Under the pieces are notes generated by a model, which saw nothing but the letters and a program-made list of their open reading frames with translations, was not told the DNA's origin and did no database searches. Shown one piece after another: positions 1-12,001 of a DNA stretch of 48,790 nt (the first letter of the stretch is position 1; the number at the start of each line of letters is the position of its first letter). The stretch comes from Macrostomum lignano (lineage: Eukaryota), in the NCBI GenBank assembly GCA_002269645.1, contig NIVC01002453.1:1-48790 (forward strand), read 5' to 3'. A program made the translations under genes and the position numbers.

Positions 1-97
1 TAGAAAAAATACAGTGTAGCGATCAAATACTATTATTATATATTTTCTGCACGTCCTCCCGGCCCCCAGTTCATAAGGTCAGAAAGAGTAGGGCTAA

Positions 98-226
98 AGG
101 CTCATTCACAATGCCATCAAACGAGCCACCAAATCACACGACAATTTACAAAGGAATCAAATTTGATGTATAAATTGTGTGATCAAACCTAATTTGGTAT
201 TATTTGATGGCAGTGTGAACGAGCCT
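98..226. mobile_element. Short MITE-like element with ~25-bp terminal inverted repeats and TAA target-site duplication (PIF/Harbinger-like)
   Basis: Left end AGGCTCATTCACAATGCCATCAAA; right end TTTGATGGCAGTGTGAACGAGCCT (reverse complement AGGCTCGTTCACACTGCCATCAAA). TAA flanks both sides (95-97, 227-229). A related copy is at 10692-10798. Confidence 0.6.
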
Positions 227-383
227 TAAATTAGTGGAACCCTTCGCAATGTCGGTCCGAGTGACTGAGACGAGTCAGGCCAGTGAGTTAACGCCAACGC
301 CAATTCTGAATGAACAAGTTCAGAGTGCAGAAAGTCCGAGGAGAAGGGAGGGTGATGGGCGGCCGCCAGCCAGTCGCGCGCCC

Positions 384-489
384 ATTGGCTGGGCGGATCC
401 ATGGGGGTGGGGGTTGGAGGGCAGGCAGGCGCGCTGTTCCAAAATCGCTCTCTCTCCCCCAGGCAGAGGGGCGCGGCAGGGCTATTAAA
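384..489 (+). promoter_or_regulatory. Candidate core promoter of the 618-1361 gene
   Basis: ATTGG (reverse CCAAT box) at 384-388, GGGCGG at 391-396, G-rich stretch, and TATA-like TATTAAA at 483-489, about 130 bp upstream of the ATG. Confidence 0.4.
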
Positions 490-617
490 GTTGCGATCCG
501 AGCGAAGGCTTCCAAATTACACCAAGGCCAAAGGCTGCCAGTAAGCACAGAGCATCAACGGTGTTTGACCTGCAGTGACACCAAAGCCCTGCTAACTTCA
601 GCATCTCTGCCTGCACG

Positions 618-1361
618 ATGCCAGCCGCAGTGACTCCATTCGAGCAGTTCAGCAAAGCCGAGTCGCATCTCATCAAGCGGCTTGGCAGACACGCTGACGA
701 GCGAATCTTTGAGCTGAGCACTTGGGAATCAGCTGATCGGGATCTGCTCGGTCTGTTCCCCGCCATCTCCAGCGCTCTCACTGTGCTCAACGATGACCAA
801 AAACAGAGGCACGAGTCCGCGACCTCACCAGATGATACGCAGCGATCATCGCCCTGCTCCCTGACCGGATCCTCATCCTCAGACTCCTCTGGTGCCTCAT
901 CCTCATCATACGTGTCCGCCTTCTCAGCTTCATCTCGCAGCTCAGCTGGTGGTGCAGCCTCCCCCAACGGCCAGAAGCCTGCGGCTGCCAGGTGGTGCCA
1001 GCCCGGCTTGAAGGACCTGCAGCTTCTTGCCAGCAAGGAGGACGTGGCCAGCCTCCCCAGAGCCTCATCAATCGAAGAGGTGCTGGCCCTGCTCAGCAAG
1101 GATGACGTCATCGTGGTGCCCTGCGCTCACGGCGGCTACATTCTGTACGCGGTGACCTACTTGGACGATCTGGTGGCACAGCAGCCGCCGACTGTGATCC
1201 CTCCGAGTCCTGACGACCCGGCAACCAAGCTGAGCCCCGAGGTGTTTCAACTTGTTCCTGCAGAACGAGGAGCTGCTGAGCCACGGACAGGACGCCTCGC
1301 TGCTCGGAGCCCCGCCTGCTCTGCCATGCCTGCAGCATTTCTAGAACTGTTACAAAAGTAA
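618..1361 (+). CDS. Intronless 247-aa protein of unknown function with a Ser-rich central linker
   Basis: ATG-to-TAA ORF with the GC3-rich codon style of the other exons. Abrupt switch to AT-rich sequence after the stop; AATAAA at 2022-2027. No family recognised. Confidence 0.7.
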   Translation: MPAAVTPFEQFSKAESHLIKRLGRHADERIFELSTWESADRDLLGLFPAISSALTVLNDDQKQRHESATSPDDTQRSSPCSLTGSSSSDSSGASSSSYVSAFSASSRSSAGGAASPNGQKPAAARWCQPGLKDLQLLASKEDVASLPRASSIEEVLALLSKDDVIVVPCAHGGYILYAVTYLDDLVAQQPPTVIPPSPDDPATKLSPEVFQLVPAERGAAEPRTGRLAARSPACSAMPAAFLELLQK

Positions 1362-2174
1362 CTTTTTATCTTCACAGGTCCTGGCATTTCTCAGAAAATC
1401 AATTTGTTTTAAAAAGTCGCGCATTTTGCACCAGCTATTCATTGTGGAAATTATCCAGTCTGCTCCATTAATTGCATGCTATGGTTTGCTAAAATATTTT
1501 AACTGGTTGTATTGACTGTTTTATTTTTTATTTGGTATAGTAATGGCAGTTTTGTACTGTACTATTTAATGTAGTAGTATCCATGCGGAAATACCCTATT
1601 CTTCTATTGCAATCAGTTTTTTTGAGTCTGTTAATTTGTTGTAAGTTTATTTGTTTATTTATTTATTTAGCTTTTTGTCTGTATTTATAAGTTTCTATTT
1701 TGTTATAGCTAAGTTAGTTGTTTTGATGTACGCTCGTATAGCTGGTAGCCAGCTAGCTACTATCGAATGCTTATTGAATAACATGCATTGTAGCATTATT
1801 ATTTATTGTTGTTTATAGTTATAGTGTAGTGTATTGCTGCATTGCCTGTGAGTTTTTATAATAACTGCTATTTGTCGCTAGCTCCACTTCTATTGTATAG
1901 AATTTGTAAACATTTTCTTTTATTTTTTGCTATCAAAAAAACCTTCGACCAGCAATGCTGTAACCAACAGTCTCGATCGGGTGTAAGCCTGCTGACTCGA
2001 CAATGATTCGATGTTTATTAAAATAAAAAAATAGTTGCTATAATGCCATAATACATGCTCTGTAGGTGTTATTATTACTGTTTAAGTTAGTAACGTTTCT
2101 TATCTACTAATATATATGGTACATTTGAGTATGTTGTTTGATTAATACAGATCTACAGACGTAAAGTTCTGCAT

Positions 2175-2410
2175 AGGGAGGTCAGATAGGAGAGGTGAAG
2201 AGGGAAAGAGAAGAGAGAAGAGATTAGGGGTTGAGAAAGAAAAGATAAGAGAAGAGGAGAGATAGAGAAGAGAGAATAGAGAAGAGAGAGAATTAGAGGG
2301 AAGAGAAGAGAGAAGGGAAGAGAGAAGGGGAAGGAGAGGAGAATAAGGAGTTAGAGTACATCGAGGGGGAGAGAAGAGAAAAATGGGGGTAAAAAGAGAG
2401 AATATGGTAC
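2175..2410. repeat. Polypurine (GA-rich) low-complexity tract
   Basis: Almost exclusively A/G on the + strand (gagaagagaga... motifs). Confidence 0.85.
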
Positions 2411-3022
2411 AGGCAGAGAGATGTGGGTAGAGACTTGATTATGTTTGGCGGAAAAACTCATCTATTTCATGCGAGAAGTGCAAAACTTCAAAGTTGAAAA
2501 CCCAGCATTTGAATGAAGACTTATTTTGTAGCCAGCCCTGAAGTACGCAACGGTTCCAACTTTCAATCCAATGTTATGGCTACCCTAGCAACTGCCTAGA
2601 AACAGAGACTATACGTATAAGACTTTGATTATCCGTTATCTTAATAACCATCAGGCCCCACACACGCATGTAAATTGCAGTTCCGAAGACCTTTTCATGC
2701 GATAATTGTTTGCGCAACCAATCCCGCTTAAACCGGGCGAGTTCGAAGAATCTCCATCGAAGATTTATACTTTATCTATGCGGCATGTTTTTCTCTCCAC
2801 GGGTATTTGAACGAGGACGCGCGAGCCTTGACAACAAGATGACAACGGTTTTATCGGCTTGTCAAGCGACATTTTTATAAAGCTGGCTTTGCTATGCGTA
2901 CCAATTAGCCATCGTATTGCCCTGAAGCTTAATTAAGGAGAGAATTGAAGTGTGAAAGGCGACGCAATACGTAATTTTATACTAGCATACCTATGGAAGA
3001 GTGCTCGGACGAAAACAGAAAG

Positions 3023-3690
3023 GACGGCACCAAAATGGAAATCGTAGCGCCAGAAAAAATCGACGGCGCCAATAAAGAATTGACGGCGCTAGAAAAGAAT
3101 CAGTGGCGCCAAAATGGAATCGACGGCGCCAAAATGGAATCGACGGCGCCAAATGGAATCGATGGCGCCAAAATTGAATCAGTGGCGCTAAAACGGAATC
3201 GACGGCGCCAAAATGGAAACGACGGCGCCAAAATTGAATTAGTGGCGCTAAAATGAAATCGACGGCGCCAAAATTGAATCAGTGGCGCTAAAATGAAATC
3301 GACGGCGCCAAATGGAATCGATGGCGCCAAAATTGAATCAGTGGCGCTAAAACGGAATCGACGGCGCCAAAATTGAATCAGTGGCGCTAAAATGAAATCG
3401 ACGGCGCCAAATGGAATCGATGGCGCCAAAATGGAAACGACGGCGCCAAAATTGAATCAGTGGCGCTAAAATGAAATCGACGGCGCCAAAATTGAATCAG
3501 TGGCGCTAAAATGGAATCGACGGCGCCAAATGGAATCGATGGCGCCAAAATTGAATCGGTTGGAGCCAAAAAAGAATTGGTTGCACCAAAATGAAATCGG
3601 TGGCGCCAAAATGGAATCGACGGCGCCAAAATGGAAGCGTCAGCGCCAATGTAGAATCGGTGGTGCCAAAATGGAATTTACGCCGACAAA
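3023..3690. repeat. Minisatellite, 19-20 bp units (CGACGGCGCCAAAATGGAAT / CAGTGGCGCTAAAATGAAAT)
   Basis: Directly visible tandem units, often alternating as ~40-bp dimers. Explains ORFs 2993-3776. Confidence 0.95.
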
Positions 3691-4985
3691 AAGAAACGAT
3701 GAAGAATCGAGAAGGCCAGCATTCCTCTAAATCAGAGCAGGAAAACCTCATTAAAATGATTGCAAACCGATGCTAAAGACAGTCCTACACACGTATTCAT
3801 TAAAACAGTGGAAATTCAGTGCAGACCCTCAGACTAATTAGTGTCACTGTATACTTGAAAACTGCTGGCGGTCCTCAAGACTTACAAATTGGCGGACACC
3901 ACAAACAGCTCACTTGAAGGCCACACAACCGTGAACGCTGGACGTTTCTACATAATACACCCGACAACAAATACTACAATTCTTAGTTGTTAGGTGCGCA
4001 AAGGCTGGAGTACGTGACACTTGATAAGTATGTGATTGATTGGCAGTGTCACTGACCGTATCCTGGTGGGGTTGAATAAGCGCCCAAAGTTACATATACG
4101 AGAGCTAGATGGATATAAATTAGTGTAGAGAGCGTCCTTCGGCGACAGGGTCCCACAGCCAGCGCTGATTGCGCCCATTTCGCTGACTCCAGAGCACAGG
4201 AGCACATTCATGTAAAAGCGCGCCACGTGCGTCTTGAGCTTCTATGCCCCAAATTACTGTGGCTAATCTACAGATGTTGATTGACTAATCACTAGAAAAA
4301 TCTCCAGCCAGAAATATACCGGATTTAAAAACACCCTGTTGAGTTTTGACACTACTGTCAGTCTGCTACTAAGTAGGCCAGTAAGTTTTAGTTGGTTCAA
4401 AATCAAACAAATGAAATAAAATCAACACAGAATTTAAATGATAATAAGTACTCGCTGATTATATTCCAGTGCCAATTGCAAATTTCAACAGGCACGCAGT
4501 TAAACAAATCATGTAAGCTTTTTGGGGTTTATATTTTTATATGCAAGGACAAATTGTGACAAACAGTCATTGAAGAGTGCCTGTATATATTGGCATACTT
4601 ACTTAATTTTGCACGCATATTTTACTTACCATGTTAGCCTTGTACTACTAAACTGGTTTATTTATTGAATAGATTTGCATTTTAATATAACCGCGCCTAC
4701 TAACTACTGTAAGTAGCTGCTACGCTAAATAAACAAAATTCACAGACGCACAAAGTTAATCAATCGCAAATAAAGGCTCAGAGAGAAGCAGTTAAAAACA
4801 CAGTAGATGAGGAGCGCAAATTCTCAGGGACAACTAATTAATACTCGGCCAGACAGGCGGAATTACTATAATATATTGTAACACACTGAGAGGCATTCGG
4901 AGGTGCAGATGGAGATGGAGAGTGATACAGACACACAGCAGCAGTGTAAATTCACTACCGACACTAGCAACTACAGCTATACTAG

Positions 4986-5016
4986 TAATAATAGTAATAA
5001 TAATAATAATAATAAT
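4986..5016. repeat. (AAT)n microsatellite in the PNUTS 3' UTR
   Basis: taataataat run just beyond the PNUTS stop codon. Confidence 0.85.
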
Positions 5017-5038
5017 CTGATTTGCAACCATCCAACCA

Positions 5039-5404
5039 TCACATCTGGTGCCGGAATCTGCAGTCGGTTCGTCGGCACTCGCCGGTGGAAAACCAGGCTC
5101 GACAGACGCCTCGCGGAGCCTGCTGCTGCTGGCCGGGTGGCCCTGGAGGCCGGTGATGCCGCTGCCTGGGCGGACCCGTTGGCGGCGGCCTGTGCAGCAC
5201 TGGAGGCGGATGCGGATACCGTTGATGTTGCTGCGGAGGCTGCTGAGGCGGCGGCCGGTAGGACGGATAGGAGGCTACGCCGGGCGGCGGATGGCTGAAC
5301 GCGGAGGCCGGCGGTAGCGATGAGGACTGCGGCAGCATCTGCGGATGAGGCAGATTCTGCTGCTGCTGCTGCTGCTGCTGACAGGCGGGCAGGCTGGCCA
5401 GGAC
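5039..5404 (-). CDS. PPP1R10: PNUTS-like, last coding exon (Pro/Gln-rich region, C-terminal CCCH zinc finger)
   Basis: Acceptor ttctatttcgcag|GTC at 5404, phase 0. Encodes VLASLPACQQQ...VCRAWFSTGECRRTDCRFRHQM-stop; a terminal C3H finger is typical of PNUTS. Confidence 0.85.
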   Translation of the reverse strand, partial: VLASLPACQQQQQQQQNLPHPQMLPQSSSLPPASAFSHPPPGVASYPSYRPPPQQPPQQHQRYPHPPPVLHRPPPTGPPRQRHHRPPGPPGQQQQAPRGVCRAWFSTGECRRTDCRFRHQM

Positions 5405-5449
5405 CTGCGAAATAGAAGGGGGGAATAGTTCTTTAATAATTGATTCAAA

Positions 5450-6333
5450 TTGATGGGCGATTCTTGATGAATTTGATGGGCGATTCTTAGAGAATTTGAT
5501 GGGCGATTCTTGATGAATTTGATGGGCGATTCTTGATGAATTTGATGGGCGATTCTTGATGAATTTGAGGGGCGATTCTTGATGAATTTGAGGGGCGATT
5601 CTTGATGAATTTGATGGGCGATTCTTGATGAATTTGATGGGCGATTCTTGATGAATTTGATGGGCGATTCTTGATGAATTTGATGGGCGATTCTTGATGA
5701 ATTTGATGGGCGATTCTTGATGAATTTGATGGGCGATTCTTAGAGAATTTGATGGGCGATTCTTGATGAATTTGATGGGCGATTCTTGATGAATTTGATG
5801 GGCGATTCTTGATGAATTTGATGGGCGATTCTTAGAGAATTTGATGGGCGATTCTTGATGAATTTGATGGGCGATTCTTGATGAATTTGATGGGCGATTC
5901 TTGATGAATTTGATGGGCGATTCTTGATGAATTTGATGGGCGATTCTTGATGAATTTGATGGGCGATTCTTGGGGAATTTGATGGGCGATTCTTGGGGAA
6001 TTTAACAGGCGATTCTTGATGAATTTGATGGGCGATTCTTGATGAATTTGATGGGCGATTCTTGATGAATTTGATGGGCGATTCTTAGAGAATTTGATGG
6101 GCGATTCTTGGGGAATTTGATGGGCGATTCTTGATGAATTTGATGGGTGATTCTTGGGGAATTTGATGGGCGATTCTTGGGGAATTTAACAGGCGATACT
6201 TGATGAATTTGATGGGCGATTCTTAGAGAATTTGATGGGCGATTCTTGATGAATTTGATGGGCGATTCTTGATGAATTTGATGGGCGATTCTTGATGAAT
6301 TTGATGGGCGATTCTTGGGGAATTTGATGGGGT
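5450..6333. repeat. Intronic minisatellite, 23-bp unit GATGGGCGATTCTTGATGAATTT
   Basis: Dozens of near-identical tandem units filling PNUTS intron 2. Confidence 0.97.
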
Positions 6334-6470
6334 TTGTAGAGCGCAGGAAAAAAGCAGCAAAATTTGGTGCACAGCAATTCTTTTTGAGATGTGACAAAGG
6401 CAAATTTCGCTTCAAAAAGTTGGCATAGCGGTCACTGAATCGGCCGAGTTAAAATTAAGCATCCAATTAC

Positions 6471-6752
6471 CTGCGGGAACATGCCGCTGGCGGCCAATTC
6501 CTCTTTCAACGGTTCAAGCAGGCTTCGAATTCTATCCACAGTAAGATCCTCGGTTCTCTGCAGGTGCAAATCTGGATACCTCGAACGCAGCAGTCGCCAA
6601 AGAGCCTCTTTGGGCGTCTGGTTGGCGGCAGCGGTGGCAGAGGTGGAGGCGGCGGCGGAGGCGGCGGTGTCAACTGCGGGCGACGGCTGGTTCGGGACAC
6701 CGGCGGACGCCGTGGTGAGGTTGCGGGTGACCTGTTTGAGAATGTCGGCCAC
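6471..6752 (-). CDS. PPP1R10: PNUTS-like, internal coding exon (94 codons)
   Basis: Acceptor cccacctcgcag|GTG at 6752 and donor CAG|gtaatt at 6471, both phase 0 and matching the flanking exons. Confidence 0.8.
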
Positions 6753-6814
6753 CTGCGAGGTGGGGGGATGGAGTTTCAGTTTTCCGGTTGGTTATGAAAT
6801 TACTACTAACGCTC

Positions 6815-7232
6815 GCTTCCGCTTCCAGCTTCCGCTTCCAGCTTCCGCTTCCAGCTTCCGCTTCCAGCTTCCGCTTTCAGCTTCTGCTTCCAGCTTCCGC
6901 TTCCAGCTTCCGCTTCCAGCTTCCGCTTCCAGCTTCCGCTTCCAGCTTCCGCTTCCAGCTTCCGCTTCCAGCTTCCGCTTCCAGCTTCCGCTTCCAGCTT
7001 CCGCTTCCAGCTTCCGCTTCCAGCTTCCGCTTCCAGCTTCCGCTTCCAGCTTCCGCTTCCAGCTTCCGCTTCCAGCTTCCGCTTCCAGCTTCCGCTTCCA
7101 GCTTCCGCTTCCAGCTTCCGCTTCCAGCTTCCGCTTCCAGCTTCCGCTTCCAGCTTACGCTTCCAGCTTCCGCTTCCAGCTTACGCTTCCAGCTTACGCT
7201 TCCAGCTTCCGCTTCCAGCTTCCGCTTCCAGC
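6815..7232. repeat. Intronic pyrimidine-rich minisatellite, 13-bp unit CTTCCGCTTCCAG
   Basis: Fills most of PNUTS intron 1; produces the spurious FRFQLPLPASASS ORFs. Confidence 0.97.
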
Positions 7233-7298
7233 TACTATTAGTTCCCTTCCTAGCCTGACAATATAGACCTCGCTAATTCGGCTCTCGCAATGACTCAC

Positions 7299-9380
7299 CT
7301 CGTCTTTCAAAGCCAAACCGCCGTCCGAAGATCTGCTAATCGTCATCAGAAGGTCGGAGACGCTGCTGGCCACTGATGCTGCCGTGGAGGCGGCTGTCGT
7401 AGTCAATGTCGACGTTGCTGTAACAGCCGACGACGCTGCTGAGGACAGCGCTGCTGACGTTGGTGCAGCTGTCGAAGTTGAAGACGTTGAAGATACCGCC
7501 GCAGCCACTGCCACAGCGACCGAATCCGGCGATGGAAGAATTGATGCAGAAACAGTAGCAGATGGAGTACCGGCACTAGAAGCCACCGGTTGCTCCTGCT
7601 TCGGCTTCTGCTGTTGCTCTGGCTTTGCCTGCTGCTGAGGCGTCGCTGCAGAAGTCGTAGGCGGCGGCGACGCAGGCTTGGATACCTCTTCGAGCGGGAT
7701 AATTTTTGGCTCCTCAGCGTCCGCATGCTCAACGTCAGGCTCAGCCGGACTGGGTGGCACCGCTTCGCGGCTAAAATAAATCACCTGCAGAATGGCCTCC
7801 TGGCGCTTGGCCTGGCGGGCCCGCTCGGTGGATTTCCGGCCGCTATTGGACTCGGCAGCGAACGGCGGCAGGTCGCTGATTGGCCGCGGCCGGTACCACT
7901 GCGGCGGCCGGCCCAGCTGCAGACGGTGCGAAGCCGCCGGGTTGCTTGAAGACAAATCGGACGACGAATCGTCCATGGCGCCGTCCATCAGGCCCTCTTT
8001 GCGGGCCTTATTAAGCAATTCGCGCTCCCTGACGTGCTCCTGCTTGGACATCTCTTCAACGCTCTGCCGATTGACATTGACTCGTTCGGTTTCGTCCAGC
8101 TCGAAGTAGGACACCTGCTCCAGCTCGCCGGCTGGCGCCCAGCTGACCCGCCGGCCGGACTTCTTGTTGCCGGAGGAGGCGGCAGCAGCTAACTCAGGCT
8201 TCTTCGGGCTTGTCGCCGATGATGAGTCAGGCTGAGCTGTCGTCGATTGCAGCGCCGGCACCGCAGGCGGCTCGGGCGTTGTTGGCGTTGTTGCGTTGCT
8301 GTTGCCGCCGCTGTCCTTCTTCCGTTTTCGCACCAGCTTGGCGGAGCCACCGGCTGCGTGCTGTTGCTGCTGCTCAGTGCCGCCACCAGCGCCAGAATGG
8401 CCGCCATTGGAGAACAGCGAGTCCATAAAGCCGGAGTCCAGATGCAGCTCACCGGCTGGCCGTTTCTTTTGCTGTTGCTGCTGTTGCTGCTGCTGCTGGT
8501 TGTTGCTGCTGCCGGGTATGCTTTTAGGAGAATCTGACGGCGTTGGCTTGACGCTGATAGACGCGTGAATAGACTCCAGGTCCGTGTCCGGTCGCTTCCG
8601 TTTCGCCGCGGACGGACCTTCGACGGCTTCGCTTTTAAATTTTGACGAGGAAGCAGCGGCGCCAGCTCCGGATGACGACGACGACGACGGCGAGGACGAT
8701 GTCAGCTCGTCCGAGGCGAGCAGGTTGGTGTCGCGAAAATGCGACGGAGCGGTGCGGGCAGTCGATGGTATCTTACGCGGCTGCTGTTGCTTCTTCTCAG
8801 ACTGCTTCTCAGTTGAACGTCGCTGCTGCTGCTGCTGCTGCTCTTCGCCACCGCTGTCCAGCCGTTTTCTCTTGTGCTCGGAAGGACCGGTGCCTTTCTC
8901 GCTAGCCGGCAACGACGCCTGCTGCGGCTGAGGCGGCAGTTCCGCTTTGATCTGGTCCATCCACTTGTCAACTAGGCTGGCGGCCAGGTCAGACAGCTCG
9001 GCCTGGTTCTTGGCCTTGGCAATCTGCTTCACCATCTTGGCTGAATCGTTGCTCCTTAGCATGTCCAGAGTGACGGGCAGGCGGTGGAACACCTCGAGCA
9101 GCAGCTTCTCCAGGGCCCGGTTCTCATCTCGCCGGGCCTCCGCTAGCCACTGATTTAACAGCTGCCAGCCACCGTTCTTGCACAGCGCGGCCATCTTGTC
9201 CGCCTGGTCGGTGTACTTGATCACGTTCAGCATGATGGCCTTGGCCACGAGTTTATTAGCCGACAGCATTCTGTCGTAGAGTTTCGGCACCGAGTCTGCC
9301 GCCCGGATGCCGCCATTTGAGTCGATCAGGCCGTCTCTGGCCAGCGACTTAAAATACTCAAGTCTTTGTTCGGTTGCCAG
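7299..9380 (-). CDS. PPP1R10: PNUTS-like (PP1 nuclear targeting subunit), large first coding exon; exact start uncertain
   Basis: N-terminal TFIIS-like domain (GGWQLLNQWLAEAR...LPVTLDMLRSNDSAKMVKQIAK). PP1-binding RVxW motif RRVSW at 8139-8153 followed by ELEQVSYFELDETERVNV. Donor GAG|gtgagt at 7299. Joined exons give about 909 aa. Frame is open to a TAA at 9402-9404 with no ATG before 9269; 9380 is a CTG. Confidence 0.9.
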
Positions 9381-9599
9381 AAATATGCAGCGAATGAGGA
9401 TTTAGCTCGTAGTTCAGACTTTGAAATTTAGCTTATTCTTTGTGGCGTCATATTTACGATACATGCGACTTTTACAACTCAGTGACGGAAAACTGTTTAG
9501 TATATTAATATAACTAAAATGTCAATTCTAATTAATATAGCTAGCATTATAGACAGGAAACCTAGCAACCTTCCTGGCCAATAGCGAAGCAATTCAAAT

Positions 9600-10635
9600 A
9601 ACACACAAATATGGAGGGGCGGCTGTGATGGAGGGCCAGTTGTAAATAGAAAGAAGCTGTAAATGAAGAGGAAACTGTGAATGGGGGAAGCTGTGAATGG
9701 AGCGGCAGGTGTGAATGGGGAGGAAGCTGTAAATGGAGAGGAAACTGTGAATAGAGGGAAGCTGTGAATGGGGGAAAGCTGTGAATGGGGGGAAGCTGTG
9801 AATGGGAGAAAGCTGTGAATGGGGGGAAGCTGTGAATGGGGGAGCTGTGAATGGGGGGAAGCTGTGAATGGAGCGACAGATGTGAATGGGGAGGAAGCTG
9901 TAAATGGAGAGGAAACTGTAAATAGAGGGAAGGTGTGAATAAAGGGAAGCTGTGAATGGGGGAAGCTGTGAATGGGAGGAAGCTGTAAATGGAGCGGCAG
10001 ATGTGAATGGGGAGGAAGCTGTAAATGGAGAGGAAACTGTGAATAGAGAGGAAACTGTGAATAGAGGGAAGGTGTGAATAAAGAGAAGCTGTGAATGGGG
10101 GAATATGTGAATGGAACGGCAGATGTGAATGGGGAGGAAGCTGTAAATGGAGAGGAAGCTGTAAATAGAGGGAAGGTGTGAATTCAGGAAGCTGTGAATG
10201 GAGTGGAACCTGTGAATGGAAGGGAAGTTGTGAATGCAGGGAAGCTGTTAATGGGGGGAGCTGTGAATGGAGGGCCAGTTGTGAAGAGTAGAAAGTTGTG
10301 AACAGAGAGAATCTGTGAATACAGAGGAGCCGTGAATGGAGGGCCAGTTGTGAAGAGAAGGAAGCTGTGAAAGAGGGAAGCTGTGAATACAGGGAAGCTG
10401 TGAACAGAGGGAAGCTGTGAATCAAAAGCTGTGAATGAAAGGATGCTGTGAATGGAGGGAAGCTGGGAACAGGAAGCTGTGGATGAAGGGATGCTGTGAT
10501 TGGAAGGATGTTGTAAATAGGGGAAGTTGTAAATGGGGGATACTGTGAATGGAGGGGAAGCTGCAAAGCAGAGAAGCTGTTAATGAAGGGCCAGTTGTGA
10601 AGAGAAGTAAGCTGTGAATGTAGGGGAAGCTGTGA
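9600..10635. repeat. Degenerate purine-rich minisatellite (core GGGAAGCTGTGAATGG, ~16-20 bp)
   Basis: Tandem units visible; source of the spurious 334-aa LHSQLP ORF. Lies just upstream of PNUTS. Confidence 0.93.
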
Positions 10636-10691
10636 ATGGTGCTATAGTCAATAACATTACATATGTACGCTAATAACAAGATTTGGTTGAA

Positions 10692-10798
10692 TGGTCGTTC
10701 ACACCGCCATCAATGAAATCAATAAAAGTTATGAAGTGATGCATACATGAACTTTGCATACAAAGCGTTTTCAATTTATTGGCGGCGTGAACAAGCCT
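10692..10798. mobile_element. Degenerate second copy of the MITE family at 98-226
   Basis: Left TGGTCGTTCACACCGCCATCAA and right TTATTGGCGGCGTGAACAAGCCT are inverted repeats that resemble the TIRs at 98-226. Confidence 0.5.
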
Positions 10799-12001
10799 TT
10801 ATAATATATTTACTTACTATATAAGTTCTTAGTTAATAGAATTTAAAACTGATTACTTTCGACTTATTTCGATGACAATACTTTTGCCTAATTTTCTTAC
10901 TCTAAAGCCGACAGAAAGCCAATTAAAAATAGCGCTACAGATCACTAATCTACTAACCATATACATGGTATATATAAAGATTAGTTAAGTTCGCTTATTT
11001 ATAACAGTACAATCGCTGATTGAATTTGATAAATATATTCAACACTGATGTCCCATACTAACTACTGTTAGGCATAGCGGGTGTTCCACAATAGCTCGAA
11101 ATTCCATAAGCTCGAAATTGATGCGTGACTTTGATTAGTGATATTGATATTATGACGCAATAATATATATTTTCTGGTTTCAGAGCTGTGAATTGCACCT
11201 CAAGATATTGTTATATTTTGTCCATGTGTGAAATCATTCAGCCCTTTCGCATATAGTCAGTCCTACAATATAGCCTAAGCAAAAGCTGTGACAGAACACG
11301 GATATATAGCCAACAAATAAATATTCTTCAAACAAGAAACTAAACATCTAACTCAACAAGCTAGGTATATGATAAACCAGATAATAATTGGCAAATGCAA
11401 CTCTGCTTCGAACAGCGTCAGGTAGTACCGTATACTGTCATTACGGTAGCGGGAATGCGATCCCGACCTGACTCAATATTTTATCAAATAGCCAAGGGTT
11501 TAAAAAACATTCTGCACTACTTGCTACTAAAAGTAGGCAAAATAGTACCTGCCAAGAAAAAGGTTAACTTATGGCATTGTAGCCAAGCAACTGTGATATG
11601 TAGCCCTTTAACATACTATTTTTTATGGTGAATGTGACTACCTTCTGAGACCTCAACAGAACAATAATGTGATAGGACCGGAAGACACATAAATGTAATG
11701 CAAGAAACGTGAGAATGTACATTGGAGTAAAAGTACGTTTATTGCTTTTATTCAAAAATTACTTCAAAGATAGAGTATTGTCAATAAATAAACTGGACAC
11801 CCATTATTTCATTATTTACGACAGTATAGCCAAGGCAATAAAATGTATGCTGAGTTCCTCAAGATTAAAACTAAAAATAAACCTGATGGAAGTACTTAAA
11901 TGCAATTTATAGTACGATTTTTCTTCAAGACTGATTCAAATAAATCAACCGAGTAAATTACGCAGAAAAATACACGAAGACTACAGTAAGACTTTCAAGA
12001 A

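Noticed and set aside
485-1338. Antisense ORFs of 208, 94, 76 and 60 aa over the 618-1361 gene
   Set aside because: Shadow ORFs of a GC-rich coding strand; promoter and poly(A) cues favour the + strand.
2993-3776. Several 60-110 aa ORFs
   Set aside because: Translations of the 20-bp minisatellite.
6481-7266. 261-aa and 156-aa ORFs with FRFQLPLPASASS repeats
   Set aside because: Antisense to PNUTS and derived from the 13-bp intronic repeat.
9562-10566. 334-aa His/Ser/Leu/Pro-rich ORF
   Set aside because: Reverse translation of the purine-rich minisatellite; no ATG start or domain.
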